The translations under genes and the position numbers were made by a program. DNA of 64,000 nt, from positions 1 through 64,000 of the IMG/VR virus record IMGVR_UViG_3300037067_001739; one strand, written 5' to 3'. Shown piece after piece: positions 1-10,778 of the stretch (position 1 is the stretch's first letter; each line of letters starts with the position of its first letter). The stretch is from a virus. Its lineage: Duplodnaviria > Caudoviricetes. Below the pieces are notes generated by a model that ran no database searches, was not told where the DNA came from, and saw nothing but the letters and a program-made list of their open reading frames with translations.

Positions 1-2
1 CT

Positions 3-638
3 TACACAGAGCAACTAGGTAAGCTACCAGCTTTGACACAGCTTGCTCAGTCTCTAGGTAAGTTCGATACAACTGTTCTTACATTGGTTGACCCTATTAC
101 TGGTCAGACCTTGAGAATGGAAGAGAATACGCTTGCTTTACAGATGTTAGGTCAAGTAGTCGAAGAGAACACTAAAGAAGTACAGAAACTTGAAGCTGAG
201 TATAACTTACCTGGTTGGTATCAGAGACCTAACAGATATTGGGCTATGCAACAGACAGGTGGTGGTGGCGGATTTGGTCCTGCTCAAGAAAGTCTTTGGG
301 CAGATTGGTTAAGCTACCTACAACAGAATAGAAGTTATGCTACAGGTGGTACTGTTCCTGAGACTGGTCCTTACTATCTACATAAGAAGGAAACTGTTGT
401 TTCTGCGGACAATCTAGCAAGCACGAACACCATTCTAGGTAATTCATATCGTGTCTTGGTAATATCACAGCAATACTTGTCTAGCATTAGTCTTGGAATC
501 TCTGGATTGAGACAGGAGATTCAATCACTTAGAGAGTTATTTGCAACTAAGGACACGGATAGTTCTAGCACTAATTTTGCAGTCACCACAAGAACTGGTG
601 GTGTAGCCACAAGCAGTTTAGGTGTAAAGAGGAGATAA
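3..638 (+). CDS. C-terminal part of a probable tail tape-measure protein (5' truncated by the window)
   Basis: Frame is open from the window edge. Helical, Q/E-rich sequence with a YATGGTVPETGPYYLH-type C-terminal motif, directly upstream of tail genes. Confidence 0.6.
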   Translation, partial: YTEQLGKLPALTQLAQSLGKFDTTVLTLVDPITGQTLRMEENTLALQMLGQVVEENTKEVQKLEAEYNLPGWYQRPNRYWAMQQTGGGGGFGPAQESLWADWLSYLQQNRSYATGGTVPETGPYYLHKKETVVSADNLASTNTILGNSYRVLVISQQYLSSISLGISGLRQEIQSLRELFATKDTDSSSTNFAVTTRTGGVATSSLGVKRR

Positions 639-639
639 T

Positions 640-1044
640 ATGGCAGTTACTAGATGGTATTTTGAATATGGTGGTTCTTACCAGTATCTTTTTATTAGGA
701 ATCCTGACAGATATGGTGGTGATACTGGATGGGTCTATGAACCTAGATTGAGCGAGATGGAAATTATAGGAGCTAGTCAAGCTTTTATTCAGGTTGATGG
801 TTTCATGGGTGCGAGAAGGACTATAAAGTTTACTGCCATAACTGGTACTATGACACGCACTCTCGAAAACTTCTTCCTTAGAAAGCAGATTATCTACAAT
901 TGCAGAGACCACTTATACCCTACACACCCACAGTTCAATTGTTTTATCATGTCATTTACCCAACAAGCACACCCAACCTCAAGTGATTTTCCTGGTTCTG
1001 GTGAAGACACGTATGATGTTGAAATGACATTAGTGAAGATGTAA
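640..1044 (+). CDS. Putative distal tail protein
   Basis: Follows the tape measure; GAGGAG RBS; 134 aa beta-rich protein. Confidence 0.45.
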   Translation: MAVTRWYFEYGGSYQYLFIRNPDRYGGDTGWVYEPRLSEMEIIGASQAFIQVDGFMGARRTIKFTAITGTMTRTLENFFLRKQIIYNCRDHLYPTHPQFNCFIMSFTQQAHPTSSDFPGSGEDTYDVEMTLVKM

Positions 1045-1045
1045 T

Positions 1046-2662
1046 ATGGGAATAGCTGAAGAATATGTAAAGAGAGTGAAGACTCCCATAATCAAGGCTA
1101 CCGTTACGACATTCCTTGAGGGTGAACTTCCTGGCATTGATTCTCCTGGCAACGACTACTATCCAGAGGTAATATCTTGTGACATTACGTATGGTTTTGA
1201 CCAAGCAAGTAGTAATTGTAGCCTAGAGATAAAAGTGCCACTTGATGGTAATGGTGACTATGTTAGATTTTCTCCCATGAACAGGGTTAAGATAGAACAG
1301 GGTTGGAATAGTATCTCTACATACAGGACAACATTCTTCGGTTTTGTTGACAAGGTTGATTATGGCAACCCACCACAGACTGTTACACTAGAATGCCGTG
1401 ACATTCTGAAGCTTGCTCAGGACAACTATCTCATTCATTCAAATAGACAAGTATATTCTGCTACCCCATCAGAGAGTGAATTTGACGATGAGGGTAATCC
1501 TATGGGTGGGCAGGATGTCGAAGACAGACAGGCTCAGGAAATCATAAAGAACTTGTTGCTAGAGAGTGGTATTCCAGAGTCAAGATTCCATTCATCATTA
1601 CCTGAGTATCCTGCTTCTGGTGCAATTATCATAGGTAACAATGCCACAGCCGTATTTGTGTACGAATCAGCTTTAGATGCGTGTACACGTATTACTGACC
1701 TTATCGGTTATCGTCTTTGGGCAGATAAGGGTGGTCATGTTCAGTGCCAAGAAGTCAGACCTGTTGGTACAGAGTCACCTTCTCTTACATACCAGAGTCA
1801 GGAAGAGACTTACGCTGGAGATGGCACTTGGACGGTAACTACAAGTGGTAATCTCATCTCTATCAGTGCAATGAGGGAGGATGACCTTCGTAATTGGGTT
1901 ACAGTGTATGGTTGGGAAGGTCTATCACCTATTACATTTGCTGGTGATTCGGATTATGTACCAGACCCACCAAGGTATCGTAGGACTGAAGTCCGTTCTT
2001 ACTTACTTGACACACCAGAACTTCTCACAGTTGTTGCTAGTGGCATCTACAATGACCTCAATAGGTTGAGATATACTGCTAGAGCAACAATCGAAGGAGA
2101 CCCAAGAGTTGAGATAGGACAGACTATACGTCTTTATGATTCATATTCCATGACTGGTGCTATTGACTACTTCTTATATGACGTATCAAGTTCTATGAGA
2201 GCAGGTCAGTGGACGATGGAATTAGGTTTGGTTGGTGGTGTCGGTGCTGGTACAGAAGGTTCTCCACCTTTAGCTAATGTATCTCCTATTGCAATGTTTA
2301 CATATGATGTTGAAATGGAAGCACTGGTAAGCGGTGCTTTGTACGATGTGCTTGTGGATGCTTCACCATCATACGACCCCAATGGTCCGATAGAGGATTT
2401 AAGCTACACATGGACTCTATCTGGATACTCACCTGCATATGGGATAACGCATCTTTATTCAATTGGAGCTAATGGTGTCTACTACGTTACCTTAACAGTT
2501 CAAGACCAAGGAGACCCACCATTGAGCAGTAGTGTCACTATACCTATTGCATTACCACCACCAGAAGGTGTCAAGTGGCGCATGTTTTGGGTTGGTTCTG
2601 GTAAGACCATATACACTTCAGATAATGGTGGTTCTAATTGGCTTAGTAGGGAGTTATATTAA
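1046..2662 (+). CDS. Baseplate hub/tail protein with C-terminal PKD domain and Asp-box
   Basis: Hub-like features (FFGFVDKV, GDPRVEIGQTI), PKD motifs (DASPSYDPNG...YTW...YYVTLTVQD) and YTSDNGGSNW. Confidence 0.65.
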   Translation: MGIAEEYVKRVKTPIIKATVTTFLEGELPGIDSPGNDYYPEVISCDITYGFDQASSNCSLEIKVPLDGNGDYVRFSPMNRVKIEQGWNSISTYRTTFFGFVDKVDYGNPPQTVTLECRDILKLAQDNYLIHSNRQVYSATPSESEFDDEGNPMGGQDVEDRQAQEIIKNLLLESGIPESRFHSSLPEYPASGAIIIGNNATAVFVYESALDACTRITDLIGYRLWADKGGHVQCQEVRPVGTESPSLTYQSQEETYAGDGTWTVTTSGNLISISAMREDDLRNWVTVYGWEGLSPITFAGDSDYVPDPPRYRRTEVRSYLLDTPELLTVVASGIYNDLNRLRYTARATIEGDPRVEIGQTIRLYDSYSMTGAIDYFLYDVSSSMRAGQWTMELGLVGGVGAGTEGSPPLANVSPIAMFTYDVEMEALVSGALYDVLVDASPSYDPNGPIEDLSYTWTLSGYSPAYGITHLYSIGANGVYYVTLTVQDQGDPPLSSSVTIPIALPPPEGVKWRMFWVGSGKTIYTSDNGGSNWLSRELY

Positions 2663-3853
2663 ATGGCAACAGAAGTATGGTGGGTAGACCCACCAAGAAG
2701 TGCTTTACTCGGTGGTTACATTACGTATAAGTATCACGATGACGAAGTAGCCGAGGTGGTTACTGCCAATAATGAGTATTTCTCTGGTTTTCAGTGCGTT
2801 AAACAGTGGTTCTTTCCCGCAGATTTAGTGTCCGACCATTATGAGTGTTGGACGTATCACTTTTTTACTAAGTTTAGATTACCAACTGCTACAAGCGGTG
2901 TGATGCAATCTGCCGAGTTGTACCTAATGCTTGCTGGTGCTAACATGGTGATGAATGTCAATCCTATTTACATGGATATTGATGTCTATTACAAAGGTGT
3001 TTATAATGCTGACTCATATCCTTGGCACATGCTAGATTCTGGTGACTATGCTGATGGTACTTGGACACAAAACTCAACATCAATAGAGAACTTCTATGAG
3101 ATGTGGGGAGACTTTATGGTTGATGGTATTCATTGGATAGACCCTGTAGATGTCACCGAGGGTGTCCAGAAAGCAATAGATGAGGAATGGGTTTGGGTTG
3201 CTTTTAGGTTTACTCCTAATTACCTAGTTCCACTTGATTATGATTGGGATGAGAGACCTACACCATACGACCAACAGATATGGTTAGGATTCTATGGTGC
3301 TACTAATCCTTATTGGGTAGCGTCCCCAACAGGATTTCCAGACACGTACTGTTCTCCTTGTCCTTGGTTAAAAATAACCTACTCTGGTGGTGAGACACAA
3401 TATGTACCAGGAGAGGACGTAACCACATCTGGTCAGGGTAATGACATTAACAGCATATCTGCTGACCCAAAGGCTAGAATGGCTATAGCTGGAACTGAAG
3501 GTGGCGGTTTATGGTACTGCTGGAGTGGCGGCGGTTCTTGGAATAAAGTTTATGAAACGGCTTCTGGTCAAGCCATTACTGCGGTATGGATGGATATTAC
3601 AAGAAATTTCCAAGACTACCCGCTTGACGAGATTGCATGGTTTGGTACGGATACTGGTGAATTATACAAGAGTGAGGACTCTTTAGCTACATGGAAACTA
3701 ATGCACACGTTTCCTACTTATGTAAGAGAGATAATGACACCAGAAGATAGTTCAAGTAAAATTGTAGTCGGGTGCGATGACGGTATTTGGATTTCTGATA
3801 ATGGTGGTATAACTTGGACTTTAGGACTTGATGCACCTACTGGAGTGTTCTAA
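2663..3853 (+). CDS. Tail/receptor-binding protein with BNR/Asp-box repeats
   Basis: SGGGSW, KSEDSLATW and ISDNGGITW Asp-box-like motifs; lies in the tail module. Confidence 0.55.
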   Translation: MATEVWWVDPPRSALLGGYITYKYHDDEVAEVVTANNEYFSGFQCVKQWFFPADLVSDHYECWTYHFFTKFRLPTATSGVMQSAELYLMLAGANMVMNVNPIYMDIDVYYKGVYNADSYPWHMLDSGDYADGTWTQNSTSIENFYEMWGDFMVDGIHWIDPVDVTEGVQKAIDEEWVWVAFRFTPNYLVPLDYDWDERPTPYDQQIWLGFYGATNPYWVASPTGFPDTYCSPCPWLKITYSGGETQYVPGEDVTTSGQGNDINSISADPKARMAIAGTEGGGLWYCWSGGGSWNKVYETASGQAITAVWMDITRNFQDYPLDEIAWFGTDTGELYKSEDSLATWKLMHTFPTYVREIMTPEDSSSKIVVGCDDGIWISDNGGITWTLGLDAPTGVF

Positions 3854-5706
3854 TGAAACAAACAATAGCTGGATGGTATGGTAGTTCTGGTTCTTATACA
3901 TACAGAAACACCATTCACGGGGCATCTGCTCGTAATCCTAACTGGCATATGGAAGAGGTGTTCCCCGCAGGTGGTATTATCTCTAATTTTAGAGTTAACT
4001 CTAGGACTGCCCCAGGTGTCTCAACAAGTTTCTATTTTACAATTTATGTAAATGGCGTGGCACGTATGACGGCATACATCACAGGTACGAACACCTCTGG
4101 TGAGAACACATCTGATACAGTTGAAGTAAGTGCTGGTTCTAACGTGTCAATAGCTATTGGTCCTGTTGGTGGAGCAACTGCGAGCGACCACGTGTCTTGG
4201 GCGTTTGACTACGATTGTGACTCCGCAACCGAGTCAATTCTGCTAACCAATCAGTCAAATAACACTAACTTTTCTACCACTACCCGCTACTTTCCACCAT
4301 CTTTTGCTTGTAACTACACGTATTCTGGTACTACTGAGAGTTTAGTCCAAATTCCATTCAAGGCTGGTAAACTAAAGCACTTGTTTTTCTATGGATATGT
4401 CAGTGGTCCTGTTGGGTATATGTTGGATTCAACGGTTACCGTAAGGGTTAATGGTGTTGATACTGATTTATCAGCAACTCTTGTTTATACTGTTCCAGAC
4501 CCAAATCCAGGAAGAATGCCCATCTCTACAACTAATACAACCGATGAGGTTGACGTAGAGGAAGGAGACTTGGTATCGGTCAAGATGTCGGCTACGACTG
4601 TCGGTGCAAATGGACATGGTTATTGGGGATTTATTTATGAACCTACCGATGGTAACCGTCCTATGTTAATGTGTTCTACTTACCATTCACCATATACTAG
4701 CACAACCAGTACCAGATGGTCAGCCCCATTCGATAACCTTGACACCACCGAGTGGTATCCTGACCACGGCAGAGCGGCTATGGTCAGCACAGCTAGGACA
4801 ATTGGCAATCTTCATGTCAAGCTTTCAACACCACCAGGTGCGGGTAGAAGTTACACTCTTGCTTTGGTGAAGAATGGTGTAGATACGGCGGTATCAGTTG
4901 TGATAAGTGGTACTGATACAGAGGGGTCTACTGAGGACACTGTAGAAGTGGAGGATGGTGATACCCTATCTATAAAGTCTACACCATCTGGTTATCCTGC
5001 TCAAGCTTACATGAAATGGTGGTTGTGGCAAAATCTAGAACCAACTGACATCGTAATGGGTGGCATGTTTGTTCGTGGCAATGAGATACAAGCTGTTTTT
5101 AGTAATAACATCGGCGCAAAGGCGTACAGAAGTCCAGATTTTGGTGCTACTTGGTATGCAATATCTGGTATGAGTGGTGAGGTGACAGACGTTGGTTTCA
5201 ATGCTGAAGACCCTCAAGACACATTCTTAGGTGCGGTAAGCAAGCTTTATGAGTTCGATTATGCCACGAGTGGTGGGGCTTATTATGTGACCGCTGGCGC
5301 AGATATTGTTGGTACGGTAACTCGTATTGACGTTGATAAGGATTCACCTGTAGCAATCGTTGGCACTTCATCTAAACTGTACAAGACTATGGATTGGGGG
5401 GCAAGTGTTTATACGTTACTTGAAGTCCCAATCACTTCTGTAGCTATAGGTGGTGTAGAAACTGTGGCAACTGGTGTATCGCTAATTGTACAGTCTCCAA
5501 CTGGTGGCACGTGTACCGAACCAGGTATTGGTGAATATGACTACACCAGAGCACAATCTGTTCATTTGTTAGCCGTACCTGCTTCTGGTTACACTTTCTC
5601 TGGTTGGGCTGGTGATACTGAGAGGATAACAGATGTTGATGCCGCTGATACCTACATATTAATGGTAGAAGATTACACAATTGTTCCACATTTCATACCT
5701 GAGTAG
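3853..5706 (+). CDS. Tail/receptor-binding protein with internal repeats and a C-terminal InlB B-repeat-like domain
   Basis: Repeated NGVDT..V..SGT..DTVEV..GD.[LV]S[IV] units, Asp-boxes, and C-terminal GGTCTEPGIGEYDY...LAVPASGYTFSGWAGD. Confidence 0.6.
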   Translation: MKQTIAGWYGSSGSYTYRNTIHGASARNPNWHMEEVFPAGGIISNFRVNSRTAPGVSTSFYFTIYVNGVARMTAYITGTNTSGENTSDTVEVSAGSNVSIAIGPVGGATASDHVSWAFDYDCDSATESILLTNQSNNTNFSTTTRYFPPSFACNYTYSGTTESLVQIPFKAGKLKHLFFYGYVSGPVGYMLDSTVTVRVNGVDTDLSATLVYTVPDPNPGRMPISTTNTTDEVDVEEGDLVSVKMSATTVGANGHGYWGFIYEPTDGNRPMLMCSTYHSPYTSTTSTRWSAPFDNLDTTEWYPDHGRAAMVSTARTIGNLHVKLSTPPGAGRSYTLALVKNGVDTAVSVVISGTDTEGSTEDTVEVEDGDTLSIKSTPSGYPAQAYMKWWLWQNLEPTDIVMGGMFVRGNEIQAVFSNNIGAKAYRSPDFGATWYAISGMSGEVTDVGFNAEDPQDTFLGAVSKLYEFDYATSGGAYYVTAGADIVGTVTRIDVDKDSPVAIVGTSSKLYKTMDWGASVYTLLEVPITSVAIGGVETVATGVSLIVQSPTGGTCTEPGIGEYDYTRAQSVHLLAVPASGYTFSGWAGDTERITDVDAADTYILMVEDYTIVPHFIPE

Positions 5707-5717
5707 TTGGAGTAACG

Positions 5718-7016
5718 ATGATAACCAAACGTGAAGCTAAAGAAATAGTTGATTGGGTAATCCAAGAGATAAACAAACGCAGATTCCCCTATGTTACAGA
5801 TGGTAAGCTTGACCTAAGCAAAACCTCTGTAGGTACTGTCTCTGGTACTCAAACATCTGGTGGTCAGATTGCTGATGGAGCTATCTATGACCGTCATGTG
5901 CATCCTAATGCCGCTATTCAGGGTACTAAGATTCAACTAGCAACCGAAATTCTTCAAGGTGTAGTAACATTAGGAACTGGTGGTGACGCATACGTTCCTA
6001 CAATGTCGGGGTTGCTTTCAACAGTTTCAGGTTTAGGTGCTAGTTTAGTTGGTATCTACGATGGTGAGGGAGAGTTTGTAAGTGAGGATGTCGAGAGTGC
6101 TTTACACGAGTTGGTAAACATGGTGAATGCTCTCACTTTCTTGGACTTGACGGACACTCCAAATATTTATACGGCATTATGGAGTCATAAGCATTGGATT
6201 CCTGCCATAAACGATGCTGAAGCTGGATTAGAATTCAAACCAGTTCATTACGTAGATGGTGAGGGGTTCTCACCTAATCCTTATGGTGGTGCTTTAGTCG
6301 TTTATCCTGATGAGGTAGATGGTGGTACTCACACTGAAAATGAAATAATTGATGCTGGTGGTTTTACCACAACAAGTGGTGTCACTACTCAATTTATTCA
6401 GTTGGAAGATGTTCCAGATAGCTATGCTGGAAGTGCGGGAAAGTCAGTAGTGGTTAATGAGGCTGAGGATGGTCTTGAGTTTACGACCATCAGTGGTGGG
6501 AGTGGTGCTTCAGATTTTGTTAGCTTAGATGATACTCCGTCTTCTTACTCTGGACAAGGTAAGAAATTAGTGGCTGTAAACTCTGCTGAGAACGCATTAG
6601 AGTTTATCAAAGCATTCGAGCTTGCAAGTCTTACGGATGACCATGATTGGACAGGTGTTACTTGCGCTGGTGTCGCTGGTGAAGTTCTAGCATTCGGTGA
6701 GACAGTTTACTACGATGCAGACACTAAGTGGCACAAGACTAACGCTACAACTAGCGGAGCTATAATCGGAGAAGTGGCTATTGTTGTGGTATCTGGCGGT
6801 GCAGATGCGGATATTACATTATTGCTATTTGGGTCTGTTAAGGATAATAGCTGGACGTGGAGTGGTGGTGATGCCTTGTTCTTTAGTACAACGTCTGGAA
6901 CTATGGCAAATTCAGCACCTTCAAATGCTGGTGAGTTGGTTCGCAGGGCTGGTTATGCTCGTTCTGCCACTGTTGTAACTTTTAGACCAGATGGTACTAT
7001 TGTGACAAGAGGTTAA
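5718..7016 (+). CDS. Tail fibre protein
   Basis: Three FxxLxDxPxxY...VNxAExGLEF fibre repeats; G/S/T-rich. Confidence 0.65.
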   Translation: MITKREAKEIVDWVIQEINKRRFPYVTDGKLDLSKTSVGTVSGTQTSGGQIADGAIYDRHVHPNAAIQGTKIQLATEILQGVVTLGTGGDAYVPTMSGLLSTVSGLGASLVGIYDGEGEFVSEDVESALHELVNMVNALTFLDLTDTPNIYTALWSHKHWIPAINDAEAGLEFKPVHYVDGEGFSPNPYGGALVVYPDEVDGGTHTENEIIDAGGFTTTSGVTTQFIQLEDVPDSYAGSAGKSVVVNEAEDGLEFTTISGGSGASDFVSLDDTPSSYSGQGKKLVAVNSAENALEFIKAFELASLTDDHDWTGVTCAGVAGEVLAFGETVYYDADTKWHKTNATTSGAIIGEVAIVVVSGGADADITLLLFGSVKDNSWTWSGGDALFFSTTSGTMANSAPSNAGELVRRAGYARSATVVTFRPDGTIVTRG

Positions 7017-7017
7017 C

Positions 7018-7935
7018 ATGATTTTAGTATTTAACCCTATGAACACGAAAATAGAGAAGGACTTTTTGAGAGTCTGTGTTGACTTTTTTCCAGAAAAGGG
7101 TGATAAATCTTACAATGCAAACAACCTCAATCCAATCATATCTCATTTTGTGAGTGTTGATGATGACATAACCCAAAAGAGACTTGAGGAAGTGCTCAAT
7201 ACAATAGTACCACCAAACGTCATAGCTACTGTTGATGAGATAATGTCTGATGAACCTAGAAAAGCCATACATAGAATTTCTCCTTTAATGGTTACAAGGT
7301 CATCCATTACCAAATCGAAGACTAAGCTTTCAAGTGTCCAGGACATCAGCAGTCAATTAAATGGATTTGCATTGTATGGTAAAACTGGTAAGGCATTTAC
7401 AGTTGAACCAAGGTCTCTCGATATTGGACCTGGCACAAGCTTTACGGGTTCTGGTTATGGTACTTATACTCAGGTGTGTCAAGAGAACCCCGCCAATATT
7501 ACGTTACCCATTGACACAATTCAGGTTAATGTCCGCACCAATATAGGTACTTTTTACATTGGTACTTGGTATTACACTGGAGTGTTTGTTAGTCGTGATT
7601 ACACCACATTTTCCAGTCTTACAGTTGGTATACACACACTTACGGGTCAAAATATAACTTGTCAAGCAGGTGATTATCTTGGATGCTATAATGCTTCTGG
7701 TGGTACGTATGGTGGTAATAATGGATACTCTACGTGGATGCGTGGTGGCAATTACTTTGGTTCAAGTTTTAGCGTTCAGTACACCGTTGCTTTAAGTGAC
7801 GCTATATATGGTACTGGAACTGAACCCCCACCAAGTTTAGCTATTGCAGACGTGGATGGAGTTCCCATAGATTCTGTTGCGGCAGTTGACGGAATCCTAA
7901 AAGCAAGCATAAGACATATAAATGGCATTGGATAG
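7018..7935 (+). CDS. Hypothetical virion-associated protein
   Basis: 305 aa ORF within the tail cluster; G/T/Y-rich C-terminal half. Confidence 0.4.
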   Translation: MILVFNPMNTKIEKDFLRVCVDFFPEKGDKSYNANNLNPIISHFVSVDDDITQKRLEEVLNTIVPPNVIATVDEIMSDEPRKAIHRISPLMVTRSSITKSKTKLSSVQDISSQLNGFALYGKTGKAFTVEPRSLDIGPGTSFTGSGYGTYTQVCQENPANITLPIDTIQVNVRTNIGTFYIGTWYYTGVFVSRDYTTFSSLTVGIHTLTGQNITCQAGDYLGCYNASGGTYGGNNGYSTWMRGGNYFGSSFSVQYTVALSDAIYGTGTEPPPSLAIADVDGVPIDSVAAVDGILKASIRHINGIG

Positions 7936-7945
7936 GTGAAATAAG

Positions 7946-9298
7946 ATGGCAACAAAAATTTATTTAAGAAGAGGTCTGAACTCCGAGTTAACAGCCGTAG
8001 TTCTTGAATCTGGCGAACCAGGATGGACGACAGACGAAAAAAGATTATATATTGGAGACGGTAGTACCGCAGGTGGTATACTTGTAGGTGGTGATGGTGT
8101 CGGTGTTGACACCTTGAATGCCCTGTATGGTGCTGTTACCATATCAGGCGGAACTGGTATTGCCATCACTGTAAGCGGTCAGTATATAATCGTAGATGAA
8201 GAAGCGGGTGGTTTGGATGTTGATTCTCTTAATGGATTAACTGGTGTCGTAACCATTAGTGGTGGTACTGGTATATCTGTCACCATAAGCGGACAAACAT
8301 TGGTGATTGATGAAGAGGCTGGTGGTGCGGACGTTGATTCTTTGAATGGCTTAATAGGTGTAGTAACTATCTCAGGAGTTGGCACTGTGTCCATATCAGA
8401 GGACGGACAACAAATAGTTGTATCTGGTCAAGATGTTACAGACGTTGACTCAATCAACTCTCTCACTGGTGAGGTTACTGTACAAGGTGCAGGACTTGTT
8501 ACGGTTACGGAAGAGGGACAAGTCATAGTTGTTTCTGGTGAAGACCCTGATGATGTAAGCTCACTCAATGGTTTAATTGACGCTGTTACAATCTCTGGTG
8601 CGGGTGTGGTCACGGTCAGCGAAGACGGTCAGGTCATAGTTGTTTCAGGTGAGGACATAGTAGATGTTGACTCTTTGAACGCATTGACTGGTGTTGTTAC
8701 AATCTCTGGTACTGGAACTGTTCATGTAAGTGAGGATGGTCAAAATATTGTAATCTCAGGTCAGGATAACCCTGTCGGTGTATATTGGGATGACTTGAGA
8801 ACACCTATAAATATGCTTAAACAAAGTCCTGACAGACCTCCAGTTTGGGCGGCATATAAGGGAAGTTATGTAATGGCTTTTGAAGACCAGGCTGTAAATG
8901 TCCAATCAGTCTATTGGGCATGGCAGTTGCCACACACTTACCAACTTGGAACAGATGTTGTAGTACACATTCACACTGTACCAGAAGATACTACATCTGG
9001 AAGCGTGTATTGGGACTTTACCTATGCTACGGCTAATACAAATGAACTATTTCCTACCGAGACAACTGTTTCGTCAATACAACCAATGCCAGAAATTGCA
9101 GATAAACATACCTATCATAATCTAGCCACTGTAGTTGGTTCTGGTATTACTTCTGTTTCTACTATGTTGTTGTGTAGCTTAACGAGACGTTCCGATTTGG
9201 CAGAAGACACATTTGATAGTAAGAGTGTGTACCTACTAGAAGTTGATATGCACTATCGTGCTAACTCATTTGGCAGTATAGATGAGTGGGATAAATAG
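7946..9298 (+). CDS. Tail fibre protein with Mtd/hyaluronidase-type N-terminal anchor
   Basis: N-terminal LESGEPGWTTDEKRLYIGDG motif, followed by six tandem repeats. Confidence 0.7.
   Translation: MATKIYLRRGLNSELTAVVLESGEPGWTTDEKRLYIGDGSTAGGILVGGDGVGVDTLNALYGAVTISGGTGIAITVSGQYIIVDEEAGGLDVDSLNGLTGVVTISGGTGISVTISGQTLVIDEEAGGADVDSLNGLIGVVTISGVGTVSISEDGQQIVVSGQDVTDVDSINSLTGEVTVQGAGLVTVTEEGQVIVVSGEDPDDVSSLNGLIDAVTISGAGVVTVSEDGQVIVVSGEDIVDVDSLNALTGVVTISGTGTVHVSEDGQNIVISGQDNPVGVYWDDLRTPINMLKQSPDRPPVWAAYKGSYVMAFEDQAVNVQSVYWAWQLPHTYQLGTDVVVHIHTVPEDTTSGSVYWDFTYATANTNELFPTETTVSSIQPMPEIADKHTYHNLATVVGSGITSVSTMLLCSLTRRSDLAEDTFDSKSVYLLEVDMHYRANSFGSIDEWDK
8105..8766 (+). repeat. Six tandem 37-38 aa coding repeats (VDSLNGLTGVVTISGxGxxxVSEDGQxIV)
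   Basis: Visible directly in the translation; the DNA copies have diverged. Confidence 0.9.
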
Positions 9299-9319
9299 CG
9301 GCACAATTTTTGGCGGGGC

Positions 9320-9348
9320 TTGACAATGACCAGTTCTTGTGCTATAAT
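9320..9348 (+). promoter_or_regulatory. Sigma70-type promoter
   Basis: TTGACA-17 nt-TATAAT with extended -10 TG. Confidence 0.85.
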
Positions 9349-9420
9349 GTAAATGAAGGATTAAAAAGGTAAGGTCTGGAGAAGACAATAAAAAAGATTA
9401 TTCTAAGCCATGATTGGGGC

Positions 9421-9449
9421 TTGACTAAATAGCCCAAATATGCTAAAAT
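9421..9449 (+). promoter_or_regulatory. Second tandem sigma70-type promoter
   Basis: TTGACT-17 nt-TAAAAT with TG, upstream of the AAGGAG RBS of the SSB gene. Confidence 0.75.
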
Positions 9450-9479
9450 GGATTAGAAAGTAAAAAGGAGAGTCTGATA

Positions 9480-10247
9480 ATGAGTGAATTTGGAAAAACT
9501 TTAGATGAAAGTAGCAAGAGACCATCAACGAAGACGAGGTTTGGGTCAGATTTTATTAAAATTAATAGCGACCACCAAACTGTGATTAGAGTTCTGGATG
9601 CAAAACCAGAAGTAAGCTGGTCACATTTTGTACCTAAAGGACATCACGCCTTCCCTAATGCAAATGCGGGAAAGGGGATGTCTTTTATGTGCCCTGGATG
9701 GGACGAGTGTCCTATCTGTGCGTGGAATCGTGAACAGAAGAAAGCAGACCCAAAGACAAAGGATGTTTTGAACGCTCGCAAAGTTTATACTTTTAACGTT
9801 CTAGACAGAACTCCTGTGGTTACTTGTCCTAGCTGTGAAGCTGAACACTATGAGAGTGGAAATGCGTTCCCAAGTGAGTGCGAATGCGGTACTGACTTGA
9901 GTGAGGTATCTCCTGCACCTCGTAATAAGATTCAGATTATGCAGAAGGGTAAGAGAATCATTGACCAGTTCAAATCCTTTGAAGAAGAACCAGAACTTGG
10001 TGACCTCAAAGACTACGACATCAAACTGGACACTAGAGGCAAGGGTAGCGAGTCAATGACGACCTGCGTTCCTAAGCAAAAGACAAAGATTGACTACAAG
10101 AAGGTTGTTGGGGAAGATTGGGAATCCAAGATTTACGACTGTAAGCAGGTTGTAGCACCGCTTCCTGTCGAGGCTATTAAGAGAATTCTGAACGGTGAGG
10201 ATTACTACACCGTACTGAAGAAGGATAGCAACACCGAATCTGAATAG
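9480..10247 (+). CDS. Putative gp32-like single-stranded DNA-binding protein
   Basis: First gene of the replication operon; HF...C...CPIC zinc motif; GxG..T pattern; acidic C-terminus. Confidence 0.6.
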   Translation: MSEFGKTLDESSKRPSTKTRFGSDFIKINSDHQTVIRVLDAKPEVSWSHFVPKGHHAFPNANAGKGMSFMCPGWDECPICAWNREQKKADPKTKDVLNARKVYTFNVLDRTPVVTCPSCEAEHYESGNAFPSECECGTDLSEVSPAPRNKIQIMQKGKRIIDQFKSFEEEPELGDLKDYDIKLDTRGKGSESMTTCVPKQKTKIDYKKVVGEDWESKIYDCKQVVAPLPVEAIKRILNGEDYYTVLKKDSNTESE

Positions 10248-10259
10248 TGGAGAAAAGGT

Positions 10260-10778
10260 ATGAGCGATATTGATGATAACGCTCGTAACCTAACATGGTG
10301 GTGGAGTCAGCTAAACTTATCAGAAGATTGGGATTCGATGCCTCGGAAGATGAGAGATAATCTCCTCGACAAGTTGCAGAAGTGTCTCATTGATTTGGAG
10401 AAAGTCAATGTGTCCAAAGAAGACCTAAAAGACCTGATAATTAAAACTGACCCACCTACCGTGTGGGATGCGATTTTAATTTTGGATAGACTTCCAAAGC
10501 AGGGTAAGAGTAAGTATGAGATTCTTGCGTACCTGAGAGCCACTGTGCTCAATATCTGGAAGTCACAACATCCAACAGTCAAACCTGTAAGACAAGAACC
10601 ACCAAAACCAGAGAAGCCGATTAAGGAAGCTTCTTGGGAAACTGTGGCGAAATGGGACCCCCTTAATTTTAAGAGAAGGCACTGTGATTACTGTGGAACG
10701 TTACTGAGGGGGGACAATAATACAGGTTTGTGTAGAAAGTGCCAGAGACAAAGGAATGGAAAGGGCAGTGAACATTAG
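10260..10778 (+). CDS. Hypothetical protein with C-terminal zinc ribbon
   Basis: CDYCG...LCRKC. Confidence 0.5.
   Translation: MSDIDDNARNLTWWWSQLNLSEDWDSMPRKMRDNLLDKLQKCLIDLEKVNVSKEDLKDLIIKTDPPTVWDAILILDRLPKQGKSKYEILAYLRATVLNIWKSQHPTVKPVRQEPPKPEKPIKEASWETVAKWDPLNFKRRHCDYCGTLLRGDNNTGLCRKCQRQRNGKGSEH

Noticed and set aside
7946-9298. Diversity-generating retroelement target (Mtd-like N-terminus and repeats)
   Set aside because: There is no reverse transcriptase in the window, and the repeats are in-frame structural repeats differing at all bases, not adenine-specific TR/VR pairs.
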